The position numbers and the translations under genes are program-made. The notes below the pieces were generated by a model. That model was not told the origin of the DNA. It did no database searches and saw only the letters and a list, made by a program, of their open reading frames with translations. Source: Desulfobacteraceae bacterium (lineage in GTDB: Bacteria; Desulfobacterota; Desulfobacteria; Desulfobacterales; JAABSP01). Taken from it: a DNA stretch of 63,718 nucleotides. The stretch is taken from contig JAABTD010000007.1 of assembly GCA_011390065.1 (NCBI GenBank), positions 1-63,718 on the forward strand, written 5' to 3'. Of this stretch, positions 52,979 through 62,453 are shown in pieces; position 1 is the stretch's first letter, and every line of letters starts with the position of its first letter.

Positions 52979-53506
52979 ATGCCCCTTTCCCTCGCCGACC
53001 GATTGCGCGCCATACGCCTGCTTCTTCTCGACGTAGACGGCGTGTTGACCGACGGCGCCATCGTCTATTCCGATAACGGCTCAGAAACCAAAGCCTTCAA
53101 CGTCAAAGACGGGCTGGGCATTCGAATGCTCCAGCGGACGGGCATCACCGTAGGGATCGTTACCGGCCGGCGCTCGGAATCCCTGTATTGCCGGTGCCGG
53201 AATCTGGACATTGATCTGGTCTTTGACGGCGTAGCCGACAAAGGGGCTGCGCTGCCCTCCATTCTCCAGAAAACCGGGCTGACCGCCGAAGCGGTGGGCT
53301 TTATGGGAGACGATCTGCCCGATCTCCCTCTCATGCGCAAGGTCGGCACGGCCTTGGCGGTGGCCGACGCCGCTCCCGAAGTGATCTCGGCCGCCCACCT
53401 GGTGACGAGCCGCGCGGGCGGGAAAGGAGCGGTCCGGGAAGCCGGGGAAGCCATTCTCAGGGCCCGGGGCGATTGGGAGGCGATCCTGAGCGGTTATCGG
53501 TCATGA
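52979..53506 (+). CDS. kdsC: KDO-8-phosphate phosphatase (HAD)
   Basis: LDVDGVLTDG, FNVKDGLG, MGDDLPD and GG.GAVRE motifs; start moved to ATG 52979. Confidence 0.94.
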   Translation: MPLSLADRLRAIRLLLLDVDGVLTDGAIVYSDNGSETKAFNVKDGLGIRMLQRTGITVGIVTGRRSESLYCRCRNLDIDLVFDGVADKGAALPSILQKTGLTAEAVGFMGDDLPDLPLMRKVGTALAVADAAPEVISAAHLVTSRAGGKGAVREAGEAILRARGDWEAILSGYRS

Positions 53507-54087
53507 GGTCGTCCCGACGACGCCGGATCCGACCGTTGAAATGGATACTGACGGCGGTAATCGTTCTGTCTCTTTCCATCGTGATCGCGCTTTTCGTCCG
53601 TTATCAGAGCCGTCATGACGCCGCGGACACCGCCCCCGCTGAAAGTTCGGAAGAGGCGACCATCTCAGTGGACCGCGTGGAGCACATCGCCACCCGTCAC
53701 GGTCGGGTCGAATGGCGGTTGAGCGCCGACGCAGTCCGGTATCTCAACGCGCAGAAAAAAGCGGTTTTCGAGGAGGTGGCGATCACATTCTTCACCCGGC
53801 GCGACGAGGAGATCCGACTGGTCGCCCGGAAGGGGGAACTCGACACCGAGACCCAGGACATCCGGATATCCGGCGACGTACGGGTCACCGGCAGCGGCTA
53901 TCGACTGGAGACCCCGGAACTCCGATATGACCATAACCGGAAGATTTTTATCGCCGACGAGGGCGTCCGGGTGGAGAGCGACGGACAGCGTCTGTCCGCC
54001 GACGCCATGACATTCTACATGGAAAACAACAAGGCAGATTTGAGGGGCAACGTAGAGGGGGTGATTCGTGAATCGATCGATTTCTAG
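53503..54087 (+). CDS. lptC: LPS export ABC transporter periplasmic protein LptC
   Basis: One TM plus beta-jellyroll (W.L.AD, G.V.V, L.T..L.Y); position between kdsC and lptA. Confidence 0.85.
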   Translation: MRSSRRRRIRPLKWILTAVIVLSLSIVIALFVRYQSRHDAADTAPAESSEEATISVDRVEHIATRHGRVEWRLSADAVRYLNAQKKAVFEEVAITFFTRRDEEIRLVARKGELDTETQDIRISGDVRVTGSGYRLETPELRYDHNRKIFIADEGVRVESDGQRLSADAMTFYMENNKADLRGNVEGVIRESIDF

Positions 54088-54619
54088 CCAAAAGACAGCC
54101 GGCAGAAAAATGTTGAAGTTCGCGCTGGTGAGCCTGACGATGTTCCTGGTCCTGAGCCGTCCCGTCTCCGGCGCCGAGGAGGCCGCGCCGTCGGATCGGA
54201 TTCAGGTGCGCGCCGACCGCCTGGTGGCCGATCAAGGAGGACAGTATGCAGAATTCACCGGCAACGTCCGGGCCAGCCAGGGCAATACGGTGATCACCTG
54301 TGATCACCTGCGGATTCATTATGCGGCCGACATCGCCAAGGGATCTGAACAAAGCGGCGATCCCATCGAAAAAATCGTGGCCGAAGGCCATGTCACCATC
54401 CGATTTGACGACAAAGTCGCCCAGACCGACCAAGCCACCTATACAACCCAAGACCGGGTCTTGGTGCTGTCGGGAGAGGGCTCCAGCGTCACCAGCGGAA
54501 AGGACGCGATCAGCGGCTCTAAAATCATCGTAGACCGGATCAGCGAACGGATCCGCGTGGAAAGCGGCGAAAAGCCGGTGGAGGCTGTTTTCTACCCGGC
54601 AGGCAAAGGACTCGATTGA
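54068..54619 (+). CDS. lptA: LPS transport periplasmic protein LptA
   Basis: I.V.ADRL, FTGNV.A.QG, AEG.V and ISG.KI motifs; ATG 54110 is an alternative start. Confidence 0.87.
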   Translation: MNRSISSQKTAGRKMLKFALVSLTMFLVLSRPVSGAEEAAPSDRIQVRADRLVADQGGQYAEFTGNVRASQGNTVITCDHLRIHYAADIAKGSEQSGDPIEKIVAEGHVTIRFDDKVAQTDQATYTTQDRVLVLSGEGSSVTSGKDAISGSKIIVDRISERIRVESGEKPVEAVFYPAGKGLD

Positions 54620-54620
54620 C

Positions 54621-55343
54621 GTGGCCGTCCTCTCCGTCAAGGGACTGATGAAAGTCTACCACGGTCGAAAGGTGGTCGACTCTGTGAGCTTGACCCTTGA
54701 AAGCGGATCGGTGGTGGGATTGCTGGGCCCCAACGGCGCCGGAAAAACCACAACCTTCTATATGACCGTCGGTCTGATCCGGCCCGACGGCGGGCAGGTT
54801 TTCCTTGACGATGTTGATATTACCGATTACCCTATGTACCTTAGAGCGCGCTGCGGCGTGGGTTATCTTCCACAGGAGACGTCCATTTTCAGGAAATTGA
54901 CGGTGGAGCAGAACGTACTGGCGGTGCTTGAAATTTTTCCCATGTCCCGGACGGAACGAAAGAATCGGGCCACGGCGCTCCTGCAGGAATTGGGGATCCA
55001 CCATCTTTCAGAACAGCGGGCCAGCGTACTGTCGGGAGGGGAGCGAAGACGACTTGAAATTACCCGCGCCCTGGCGACGAATCCGTCTTTTGTGCTGCTG
55101 GACGAGCCTTTTGCAGGAGTCGATCCTCTGGCCGTCATTGATATCAAGGCCATCATCGAGCACCTGAAACACCGATCCATCGGGGTGATGATATCGGATC
55201 ACAATGTCCGGGAAACCCTGGCGGCTTGCGACCGGGCGTATATCCTCAGCGATGGCCGGGTCATCGAGTCGGGCGCTCCCAGGGACATCGCCGCCAGCGA
55301 CATCGCAAGAAAATCGTATTTAGGAGAGAGTTTCCGTTTATAA
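54621..55343 (+). CDS. lptB: LPS export ABC ATPase LptB
   Basis: GPNGAGKTTTF, LSGGERRRLEI, LLDEPFAGVDP and SDHNVRETL motifs. Confidence 0.97.
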   Translation: MAVLSVKGLMKVYHGRKVVDSVSLTLESGSVVGLLGPNGAGKTTTFYMTVGLIRPDGGQVFLDDVDITDYPMYLRARCGVGYLPQETSIFRKLTVEQNVLAVLEIFPMSRTERKNRATALLQELGIHHLSEQRASVLSGGERRRLEITRALATNPSFVLLDEPFAGVDPLAVIDIKAIIEHLKHRSIGVMISDHNVRETLAACDRAYILSDGRVIESGAPRDIAASDIARKSYLGESFRL

Positions 55344-55345
55344 TC

Positions 55346-56779
55346 ATGGCTTTTGAACTCAGACAACAGGTCAAGCTGACCCAACAGTTGGTGATGACGC
55401 CGCAGCTCCAGCAGGCCATCAAGCTGTTGCAGCTTTCCCGTCTGGAATTGCTGGACGCCATTCGCCAGGAACTGGAGGAAAACCCGGCCCTGGAAGAGGT
55501 CCAGGAAAGCGGCGTGGAAGATCGGCCCCTGGCGGAAGAACCAGAACCCGTCCAGCCGGAAGCGCCGGAGAAAGAGGTCACCATCGAAGAGCGCCTCACC
55601 GAGGACATCGACTGGAGCAATTTCATCGATGAATACAATACTCCCGGCAAGGTCAACTTCGAAAGCGAAGGCAAGGAATCCCCTCAGTACGAAGCGTTTA
55701 TTGCGCCCAAAGAATCTCTCAGCGACCACCTGTTGTGGCAACTCCTCATGACCGCGCCAACGCCTGAAGAGGAGCAGATCGCCAGCCTCATCATCGGCAA
55801 TCTCACCCGGAACGGGTATATTGATCTGTCCATCGAGGAGTTGGCCGAGGTAAGCGGGGCCCCGGCAGAGAAAGTATCGTCGGTGCTGGCCATTCTCCAG
55901 ACCTTCGATCCGCCCGGCATCTGTGCGTCGGATCTCATGGAATCTCTGCTGATTCAGACGGACCGGCTGGACATCGACGATCCCCTGGTGGACGAAATCA
56001 TCCGGCATCACTTCCATCATCTGGAGAACAACAATTTCAGGGCCATCGCCCGGGCGCTCAAACGGGACATCAAAGAAATCGTAGCCGCCGTCGAGATCAT
56101 CAAGAGGCTGGACCCCTGCCCCGGCCGGCAATTTTCCGAGGAACCGCCCCAGTACATCACCCCTGATATCTTTGTTTACAGAATTGAGGATGATTTTGTC
56201 ATCGTCCTCAACGACGACGGCATGCCCCGACTGCGTCTCAGCGCCTACTACCGGGAAGCTGTCGGCAGCGACGCGCAAATGACCACCGGGGCCAAGCAGT
56301 ACATCCAGGAAAAAATCCGCTCCGCTTCATGGCTCATCAAAAGCATTCAACAACGGCAGAAAACCCTCTACCGGGTCATGGAGAGCATTCTCAAATTTCA
56401 ACGGGATTTCTTCGACAAAGGCATCGATTACCTGAAGCCGCTGGTTCTCAGAGACGTCGCCCAGGATATCGATATGCATGAGTCGACCATCAGCCGGGTG
56501 ACCACCAACAAATACGCCTATACCCCCCAGGGCATTTTCGAGCTGAAATATTTCTTCAACAGCTCCATCAGCCGATCCGACGGCGAGTCCATGGCCTCCG
56601 CCAGCGTCATGCAACGGATCCGGCAGATTATCGAAAACGAAGATTCAAAAGCGCCGCTGAGCGACGACAAAATATCGGAAACGCTCAAAGCATCGAACAT
56701 CAACATCGCCCGGAGAACGGTGGCCAAATACCGGGAGATGATGCGGCTACTTCCGTCCAGCAAACGCAGACAATATTGA
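55346..56779 (+). CDS. rpoN: RNA polymerase sigma-54 factor
   Basis: MTPQLQQAIKLLQL, HESTISRVT and RpoN box ARRTVAKYRE; start moved to ATG 55346. Confidence 0.98.
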   Translation: MAFELRQQVKLTQQLVMTPQLQQAIKLLQLSRLELLDAIRQELEENPALEEVQESGVEDRPLAEEPEPVQPEAPEKEVTIEERLTEDIDWSNFIDEYNTPGKVNFESEGKESPQYEAFIAPKESLSDHLLWQLLMTAPTPEEEQIASLIIGNLTRNGYIDLSIEELAEVSGAPAEKVSSVLAILQTFDPPGICASDLMESLLIQTDRLDIDDPLVDEIIRHHFHHLENNNFRAIARALKRDIKEIVAAVEIIKRLDPCPGRQFSEEPPQYITPDIFVYRIEDDFVIVLNDDGMPRLRLSAYYREAVGSDAQMTTGAKQYIQEKIRSASWLIKSIQQRQKTLYRVMESILKFQRDFFDKGIDYLKPLVLRDVAQDIDMHESTISRVTTNKYAYTPQGIFELKYFFNSSISRSDGESMASASVMQRIRQIIENEDSKAPLSDDKISETLKASNINIARRTVAKYREMMRLLPSSKRRQY

Positions 56780-56790
56780 GGAGGTGTTCC

Positions 56791-57339
56791 ATGCAAACAT
56801 CGGTATCCTTCAAAAATCTGGACCCGTCGGACAATCTCAAGGCCTACGTGGGCGACAAACTGAATCGATTCGATAAATACCTCGACAATCCGGCCGATGC
56901 CAGCGTGGTCCTGTCTGTTGAAAAATTCCGCCATATCGCCGAAATCAACATCGTTGGCGATCGATTGAAAATAAAGGGCAAAGAAGAAACCGACGACATG
57001 TACTCGGCCATCGACATGGTCCTGGACAAAATCGAAAAACAGATAAAAAAAAACAAGCAGAAGAAACGGGACAGAAGATCCGCCGATTCCAAAACGATGG
57101 TTATGGAGAGCATGGCGGAGGCGGCCGCCATCGCCCCCGCCCCTTCTCAGGAGGACGGCCCCAGAGAAGTCAAAATAAAAAATATTGAATACAAGCCAAT
57201 GGACGTGGAAGAGGCCGTCCTTCAGATGAACTTGAGCGATGACAATTTCCTGGTGTTCACCAACGCCAAGACGGATCGGATTAACGTCTTGTATCATCGG
57301 AACGACGGGCATTACGGCCTGATTCAGCCCCTGGGCTGA
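56791..57339 (+). CDS. hpf: Ribosome hibernation promoting factor, long form
   Basis: DMYSAID...KIEKQIKK N-domain and KPMDVEEAVLQM...F.VF.N C-domain; AGGAGG before ATG 56791. Confidence 0.95.
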   Translation: MQTSVSFKNLDPSDNLKAYVGDKLNRFDKYLDNPADASVVLSVEKFRHIAEINIVGDRLKIKGKEETDDMYSAIDMVLDKIEKQIKKNKQKKRDRRSADSKTMVMESMAEAAAIAPAPSQEDGPREVKIKNIEYKPMDVEEAVLQMNLSDDNFLVFTNAKTDRINVLYHRNDGHYGLIQPLG

Positions 57340-57400
57340 ACGGCGTTCCAAACGGACGCCCGGAAAGGACGGCGACGCGACTTTTGATAAGTGACAACCG

Positions 57401-57859
57401 ATGAAGATTCTCGACGTATTGGAGGAGGAAGCCGTCCTGGTTAACCTGAAAGCCAGGGATAAAAAGGGGGCCATCGAGGAACTGGTCGCCCCCGTTGCAC
57501 GGATTTCCGGCATTGAAGACGATATCCTGGTCCGCGTATTGCTGGACCGGGAACGCTTGGGCAGCACCGGGATCGGCAACGGAATCGGCATCCCCCACGG
57601 AAAGTTGAAAGACCTGGACCGACTGCTTCTCGGGTTCGGCCTGAGCCGAAAAGGCATCGATTTCGAATCCATGGACGGGCGGCCGACCCATCTTTTCTTT
57701 CTTCTGGTGACGCCTGAAAACTCGACCGGGCTGCATCTGAAGTTGTTGGCCAATATTTCGAAAATTTTGAAAAACGAGGCGTTTAAGAAGCGGCTGTTTG
57801 CCGCAACTCAACCCTCTGACATCATTGATGCCATAAAGGAACACGAAGACGCGTTTTGA
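57401..57859 (+). CDS. ptsN: PTS IIA (Ntr/fructose-type)
   Basis: RERLGSTGIGNGIGIPHGK, phospho-His motif. Confidence 0.92.
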   Translation: MKILDVLEEEAVLVNLKARDKKGAIEELVAPVARISGIEDDILVRVLLDRERLGSTGIGNGIGIPHGKLKDLDRLLLGFGLSRKGIDFESMDGRPTHLFFLLVTPENSTGLHLKLLANISKILKNEAFKKRLFAATQPSDIIDAIKEHEDAF

Positions 57860-57902
57860 TGCCGCCGTCTCTTGGGGGCGCGGTGCAGGCGCCGACAGAT
57901 CG

Positions 57903-58778
57903 ATGAAGCATTTAAAGATTTTCATCATCACCGGGGTGTCCGGCTCGGGGAAGAGCACTGCGATTGCGGCCTTTGAGGATGCGGGATTTTACTGCGTCGA
58001 CAACATGCCCGTAGCCCTGCTTCCCAAGTTTCTGGAGTTGCCGCTCGACCGCGATGTCGCGATAAATGGTCTGGCCTTTGTCATGGATCTCCGGGAGCGG
58101 GGATTCCTTCATCGATATCAAGACATCCTGGAAGATCTCGAACAAAATGGGGGCTGCAATTTCGAGATTCTCTTTCTGGAAGCCGACGAGGCAGTGCTGC
58201 TCCAGCGTTACAGCCAGACGCGGCGGCATCATCCTTTATCTAGGAACAAAGGGCTTCTGGAAGGCATCCGGGATGAGAAACGGCAACTGGAAGGGTTGAA
58301 GCAATCGGCCGACGCGGTGATCGATACAACAAATTACAATGTTCATGAACTCAAGGCCCACGTCCTCGACATTGTACAGAAGCACAAGAAGCTGTCGGAA
58401 ATGCGAATACATGTCCTCTCCTTCGGCTTCAAATACGGGGTGCCCCTGGATGCCAATCTGATCATTGATGTCCGGTTTATTGACAACCCCTATTTCGTCC
58501 CTCACCTGAAGCCCCTGGACGGAACGCATCAGGCGATTAGAGATTATGTTCTGAATCAGTCGGATACCCGGGTTTTCCTGGAAAAGTATCTTTCTTTGCT
58601 GGAGTTCCTGGTTCCACGCTATGAAAAAGAGGGAAAAGCCTACTTGACGATCGCCGCTGGATGCACAGGCGGCCGACATCGGTCGGTGGTCATCGCGCAC
58701 ATGTTGCACGAGCATCTCAAAAAATCAGGAAAACGCGTGGATATCGCGCATCGGGACATCGCGCAGGTCAGCGACTGA
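57903..58778 (+). CDS. rapZ: RNase adapter RapZ
   Basis: ITGVSGSGKS, VDNMP, TRRHHPL, SFGFKYG, DVRF..NP and GCTGGRHRSV motifs. Confidence 0.96.
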   Translation: MKHLKIFIITGVSGSGKSTAIAAFEDAGFYCVDNMPVALLPKFLELPLDRDVAINGLAFVMDLRERGFLHRYQDILEDLEQNGGCNFEILFLEADEAVLLQRYSQTRRHHPLSRNKGLLEGIRDEKRQLEGLKQSADAVIDTTNYNVHELKAHVLDIVQKHKKLSEMRIHVLSFGFKYGVPLDANLIIDVRFIDNPYFVPHLKPLDGTHQAIRDYVLNQSDTRVFLEKYLSLLEFLVPRYEKEGKAYLTIAAGCTGGRHRSVVIAHMLHEHLKKSGKRVDIAHRDIAQVSD

Positions 58779-58820
58779 ACCCGGGAAAAGATCTTTTATG
58801 TTACGGCGCCGGATACAGGT

Positions 58821-59234
58821 ATGATTGGCATTGTTATAGTGACGCACAGTCGGCTGGGGGAGGCCCTTATCGAAGCGGCCGAGTTCATATTGGGGTCCCG
58901 ACCCGAAGGAACGGTGGCGGTATCCATCAACCTGCAGGAACAAGTCGATTCTCTTCGGGACAGGATCTCGGAAGCCATAAAAAAAGTCCGGAATCCGCAA
59001 GGGGTCCTGGTGTTGACGGATATGTTCGGCGGCACCCCCTCCAATCTCGCCTACTCTTTCCTGGAAGAGGGACGGGTGGAGGTTATATCGGGGGTGAACC
59101 TTCCCATACTGATCAAAGCGGTCAACGCCCGGGAGGAGATGGAGCTGGTCAAACTTGCCGAGTGCATCGAAACCTACGGTAAAAGAAGCATCTCGCTGGC
59201 CAGCAGCATTCTGAAAGGCAACAAGCGAGGGTGA
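58821..59234 (+). CDS. Stand-alone mannose-family PTS EIIA
   Basis: MIGIVIVTH, LTDMFGGTPSN and GVNLP.LI motifs. Confidence 0.92.
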   Translation: MIGIVIVTHSRLGEALIEAAEFILGSRPEGTVAVSINLQEQVDSLRDRISEAIKKVRNPQGVLVLTDMFGGTPSNLAYSFLEEGRVEVISGVNLPILIKAVNAREEMELVKLAECIETYGKRSISLASSILKGNKRG

Positions 59235-59261
59235 AAGGCATTGCGGTGGAACCTCCATCCA

Positions 59262-59711
59262 ATGAGAGAAGCCGACATCGACGCCGTTCTGACCATCGAA
59301 ACGGCCTCCTTTCAGCGACCCTGGAACCGGGAGTCATTTCTGGATGAGTTGGCCAACCGGAACGCCGCCGCCTTCATCCTGAAACGTCATGAGGCGTTCG
59401 AATCCTCTGCGGCGACCGCCTATATCTGCTTTCGGTTGCTTTACGATGAAATGCATCTCATGAAGATTGCCGTCGCCCCCGACTGGCGTAACAGCGGGCT
59501 CGCCGGCCGGGTATTGAGCCATGGTCTGGGACAGGCCGCGGCCCAAGGCGCCGCCGTCGCCCTTCTGGAAGTCCGGCCAACGAATCAATCGGCCCTTGGG
59601 CTCTATCGCCGGTTCGGATTTCGTCAGATCGGCCGGAGAAAACAGTATTATTCCGAGACCGGGGAGGACGCCCTGGTCCTAATGCGACACCTAATAAAGG
59701 AGGAATCATGA
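59262..59711 (+). CDS. rimI: Ribosomal-protein-alanine N-acetyltransferase
   Basis: IE..SF..PW, IAV.P..R..G, LEVR.TN..A..LY..FGF..GRR..YY motifs. Confidence 0.88.
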   Translation: MREADIDAVLTIETASFQRPWNRESFLDELANRNAAAFILKRHEAFESSAATAYICFRLLYDEMHLMKIAVAPDWRNSGLAGRVLSHGLGQAAAQGAAVALLEVRPTNQSALGLYRRFGFRQIGRRKQYYSETGEDALVLMRHLIKEES

Positions 59712-60712
59712 CCACCAAAATCGGAATCAACGGATTCGGAAGGATCGGCCGCCTGGTATTCAGAGCGGCGCTCCGCCACGGAGATGTGGAAGTGGTCGCC
59801 GTCAATGATCTGATGGATCCCGCGACCATGGCCTACCTTCTCAGCCATGATTCGGTCCATGGAACCCTGGACATTGCCGTCTCCGCCAAAGACAACGCTC
59901 TGGAAGTGGGCGGCAAGACCATTCACGTCAGCTCTGTCAAAGATCCGGCCCAGATCGACTGGAAAGGATCGGGCGTCGACATCGTCGCCGAATGCACCGG
60001 TCTGTTCCGGGATGCGGAAAGCGCAGGGAAGCACTTGTCCGCGGGCGCCCGGAAAGTGATCATCTCCGCCCCGGCCAAAAGCCCCGACATTACCATCGTC
60101 ATGGGGGTCAACCACAACCAGTACGATCCCCGGAACCATCATATTCTCTCCAATGCCTCCTGCACCACCAATTGCCTGGCGCCGGTGGCAAAAGTTCTTT
60201 TGGAAAACTTCGGCATTCAGTCCGGCCTGATGACCACCATCCATTCCTACACCGGCGACCAACGCCTTCTGGACTTCCCCCACAAAGACCTGAGACGGGC
60301 CCGGGCTGCGGCGCTTTCCATGATCCCCACCACCACCGGCGCCGCCAAGGCCGTCGCCCTGGTGCTTCCGGAACTGGAGGGAAAACTGAACGGTCTGGCC
60401 GTCCGCGTGCCCACCCCGAACGTTTCCCTGGTGGATGTGGTGGTGACGGTGGAAAAATCTGGCGTCACGGTCTCAGATATCAATGAAGCCATGAAGGCGG
60501 AAGCCGAAGGCCCTCTCAAAGGAATTCTGGGATACAGCGAAGAACCGCTGGTCTCCATCGATTTCAATGGCTGTCCGCTTTCCTCCATTGTCGATGCGCC
60601 CAACACCTACGTCGTGGGGGACCTGGTGAAAGTGCTGTCCTGGTACGACAATGAAATGGGCTATTCGAGCCGGATGGTGGATCTGGCCGCCCTGATCGGA
60701 TCCCAACTGTAG
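59708..60712 (+). CDS. gap: Glyceraldehyde-3-phosphate dehydrogenase, type I
   Basis: [22 protein letters not shown] and WYDNE motifs. Confidence 0.98.
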   Translation: MTTKIGINGFGRIGRLVFRAALRHGDVEVVAVNDLMDPATMAYLLSHDSVHGTLDIAVSAKDNALEVGGKTIHVSSVKDPAQIDWKGSGVDIVAECTGLFRDAESAGKHLSAGARKVIISAPAKSPDITIVMGVNHNQYDPRNHHILSNASCTTNCLAPVAKVLLENFGIQSGLMTTIHSYTGDQRLLDFPHKDLRRARAAALSMIPTTTGAAKAVALVLPELEGKLNGLAVRVPTPNVSLVDVVVTVEKSGVTVSDINEAMKAEAEGPLKGILGYSEEPLVSIDFNGCPLSSIVDAPNTYVVGDLVKVLSWYDNEMGYSSRMVDLAALIGSQL

Positions 60713-60728
60713 GCGAAAGGAGGCAAGC

Positions 60729-61496
60729 ATGGCCGCTCGAAAACCCCTGATTGCCGGAAACTGGAAGATGCACAAAACAGTCGCCGAAGCGGTGGACGCC
60801 ATCCGAAATCTGGCGGAACGCATCCCGGGTGAATCCAAGGTGGAGATCATGGTCGCGCCGCCTTTTACGGCGCTGGCCCCGGCGGCGGAAGCGCTGAAAC
60901 ATACCGCTATCGCCCTGGGGGCCCAAAACATCTTCTGGGAGGACGAAGGCCCCTATACCGGTGAAATCAGCGGCCCCATGCTGACATCGGCCGGGTGCAG
61001 CCATGTGATCATCGGCCACTCGGAACGCCGGCAGTATTTCGGAGAGACCGATGAAACGGTCAACAAGCGCCTGCGGGCCGCCTTCCGCCATGGGTTGATC
61101 CCTGTGTTCTGCGTCGGCGAGACCGAGGGGGAACGGGAAGCGGAAAAAACATTTTCAGTTCTTGACAAACAGGTCGCCAATGGGCTAAAAGACTTTGTTG
61201 CGGATGACCTGAAACAGCTGGTTCTGGCCTACGAGCCGGTATGGGCCATCGGTACCGGCAAGACAGCCACCAGCGAGCAGGCTCAGGAGGTCCATGCGTT
61301 TTTGCGATCCCTGATTGAAAAAAAGCTTGGGCGGGGCCTTGCCGAATCCCTCAGAATCCTGTATGGAGGCAGCGTAAAGCCGGGCAATGCAGCCGAACTG
61401 ATGGGGATGCCCGATCTGGACGGGGCGCTGGTGGGCGGCGCCAGCCTGGACGCCAAAACATTTTCCGAGATCGTTCTGTATGACCGGTCCGCTTAA
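60729..61496 (+). CDS. tpiA: Triosephosphate isomerase
   Basis: AGNWKM, GHSERR, AYEPVWAIGTG and LVGGASL motifs. Confidence 0.98.
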   Translation: MAARKPLIAGNWKMHKTVAEAVDAIRNLAERIPGESKVEIMVAPPFTALAPAAEALKHTAIALGAQNIFWEDEGPYTGEISGPMLTSAGCSHVIIGHSERRQYFGETDETVNKRLRAAFRHGLIPVFCVGETEGEREAEKTFSVLDKQVANGLKDFVADDLKQLVLAYEPVWAIGTGKTATSEQAQEVHAFLRSLIEKKLGRGLAESLRILYGGSVKPGNAAELMGMPDLDGALVGGASLDAKTFSEIVLYDRSA

Positions 61497-61534
61497 ATCA
61501 ACTTAATGCTCGATGGAGCTGAAGCCATATTGTT

Positions 61535-61882
61535 ATGACACTGATACTGATTGTTGTTCACATTATCGTCTGCATCGCTTTGATCATGATCGTCCTGCTG
61601 CAAACCGGCAAAGGGGCGGACATCGGCGCGGCCTTCGGCGGCGGTTCCAGCCAGACCCTTTTCGGCAGCACCGGCGCATCGACCTTTCTGAGCAAGGCAA
61701 CCACCTTTGCGGCAGTCCTCTTCATGATGACCTCCCTGGCGCTGGGCTACATTTCAGGACATAAAGGGGGAGGCTCCATCATGATGGAACAACCGCCAGT
61801 TCGTACAACCGAAGAAACCCCGGCCTCCGAAGATCAACCAGCCCCGATGACGGACACCACGGAGCAGGAGGCAACCGACTAA
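61535..61882 (+). CDS. secG: Preprotein translocase subunit SecG
   Basis: Two TMs; VLLQ.GKGA.IG.AFGGG.SQT.FG motif; follows tpiA. Confidence 0.96.
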   Translation: MTLILIVVHIIVCIALIMIVLLQTGKGADIGAAFGGGSSQTLFGSTGASTFLSKATTFAAVLFMMTSLALGYISGHKGGGSIMMEQPPVRTTEETPASEDQPAPMTDTTEQEATD

Positions 61883-61900
61883 ACATGCCATCAGACATAT

Positions 61901-61987
61901 GCCGAAGTGGTGGAACTTGGTAGACACGCTATCTTGAGGGGGTAGTGGGCCACGCCCGTGCCGGTTCAAGTCCGGCCTTCGGCACCA
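61901..61987 (+). tRNA. tRNA-Leu (anticodon GAG)
   Basis: GCCGAAG acceptor pairing with CTTCGGC, D-loop GGTAGAC, anticodon stem CTATC/GGTAG with loop TTGAGGG, long variable arm, GGTTCAAGTCC T-loop and encoded CCA. Confidence 0.97.
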
Positions 61988-62038
61988 TAAATTGAATAGA
62001 CAGGCAATAACCGACACTTACACTTGAAGCTGATTTTT

Positions 62039-62056
62039 GGGGACACATAGGGGACA
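62039..62056 (+). repeat. GGGGACA direct repeat, putative integrase arm-type sites
   Basis: GGGGACA at 62039 and 62050 (11-nt period), about 50 nt from the tRNA end. Confidence 0.5.
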
Positions 62057-62119
62057 GATTCAAGCCCTATGCCCCAAAAAAGAAAAGCCCGCATCGGATG
62101 ACGCAATCCGACAAGGGCG

Positions 62120-62148
62120 TTGACACACAGATCGCAAGCGCTTAAAAT
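62120..62148 (+). promoter_or_regulatory. Near-consensus sigma70 promoter with no downstream ORF on its strand
   Basis: TTGACA, 17 nt, TAAAAT. Confidence 0.75.
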
Positions 62149-62154
62149 ATTGCT

Positions 62155-62235
62155 TGTCTAATCGGTTGTGCTTTCCGGCCCTTTCGGAAAGCGCTTTCTA
62201 AGCCCGCTGGATGGTCAGATCCAGCGGGCTTTTTA
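62155..62235 (+). ncRNA. Putative ~80-nt two-hairpin small RNA
   Basis: Bounded by the promoter above and a 13-bp terminator stem with U tract; internal hairpin GCTTTCCG/CGGAAAGC; no ATG-initiated ORF inside. Confidence 0.55.
62200..62235. terminator. Intrinsic terminator shared by the putative sRNA and the convergent RHH gene
   Basis: AAGCCCGCTGGAT-GGTCAG-ATCCAGCGGGCTT-TTT. Confidence 0.85.
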
Positions 62236-62255
62236 TGTCAAAGAACGACCAGCCG

Positions 62256-62453
62256 CTAAGGCTCTGTGCTTTTGGTATCCTTCCCGGCCCTTTTTCTTTC
62301 GTGTCTCTCCACGCTCTCCGTTGCCCACTTCACAAACAGCGCCGTTACCGATGTATCCAAATCAAGGGCCATCTGCTTGACCCTCTTGTGGAGTCCTACA
62401 GGGAAGTTCAAATTCAGTCTGTGTGCGCCGTCTGGGGCTTTCTTCGATACCAT
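62256..62453 (-). CDS. Small ribbon-helix-helix DNA-binding protein (CopG/Arc/ParG-like)
   Basis: TAAGGAG Shine-Dalgarno before ATG; RLNLNF ribbon strand, PVGLHKRVKQMALDLD helix 1, TSVTALFVKWATESVE helix 2; own candidate promoter TTGACT-18-TAGACT. Confidence 0.75.
   Translation of the reverse strand: MVSKKAPDGAHRLNLNFPVGLHKRVKQMALDLDTSVTALFVKWATESVERHERKRAGKDTKSTEP

Noticed and set aside
62164-62172. GGTTGTGCT identity between the putative sRNA and the SRP RNA 5' end
   Set aside because: Only 9 nt, which is chance level; no further similarity.
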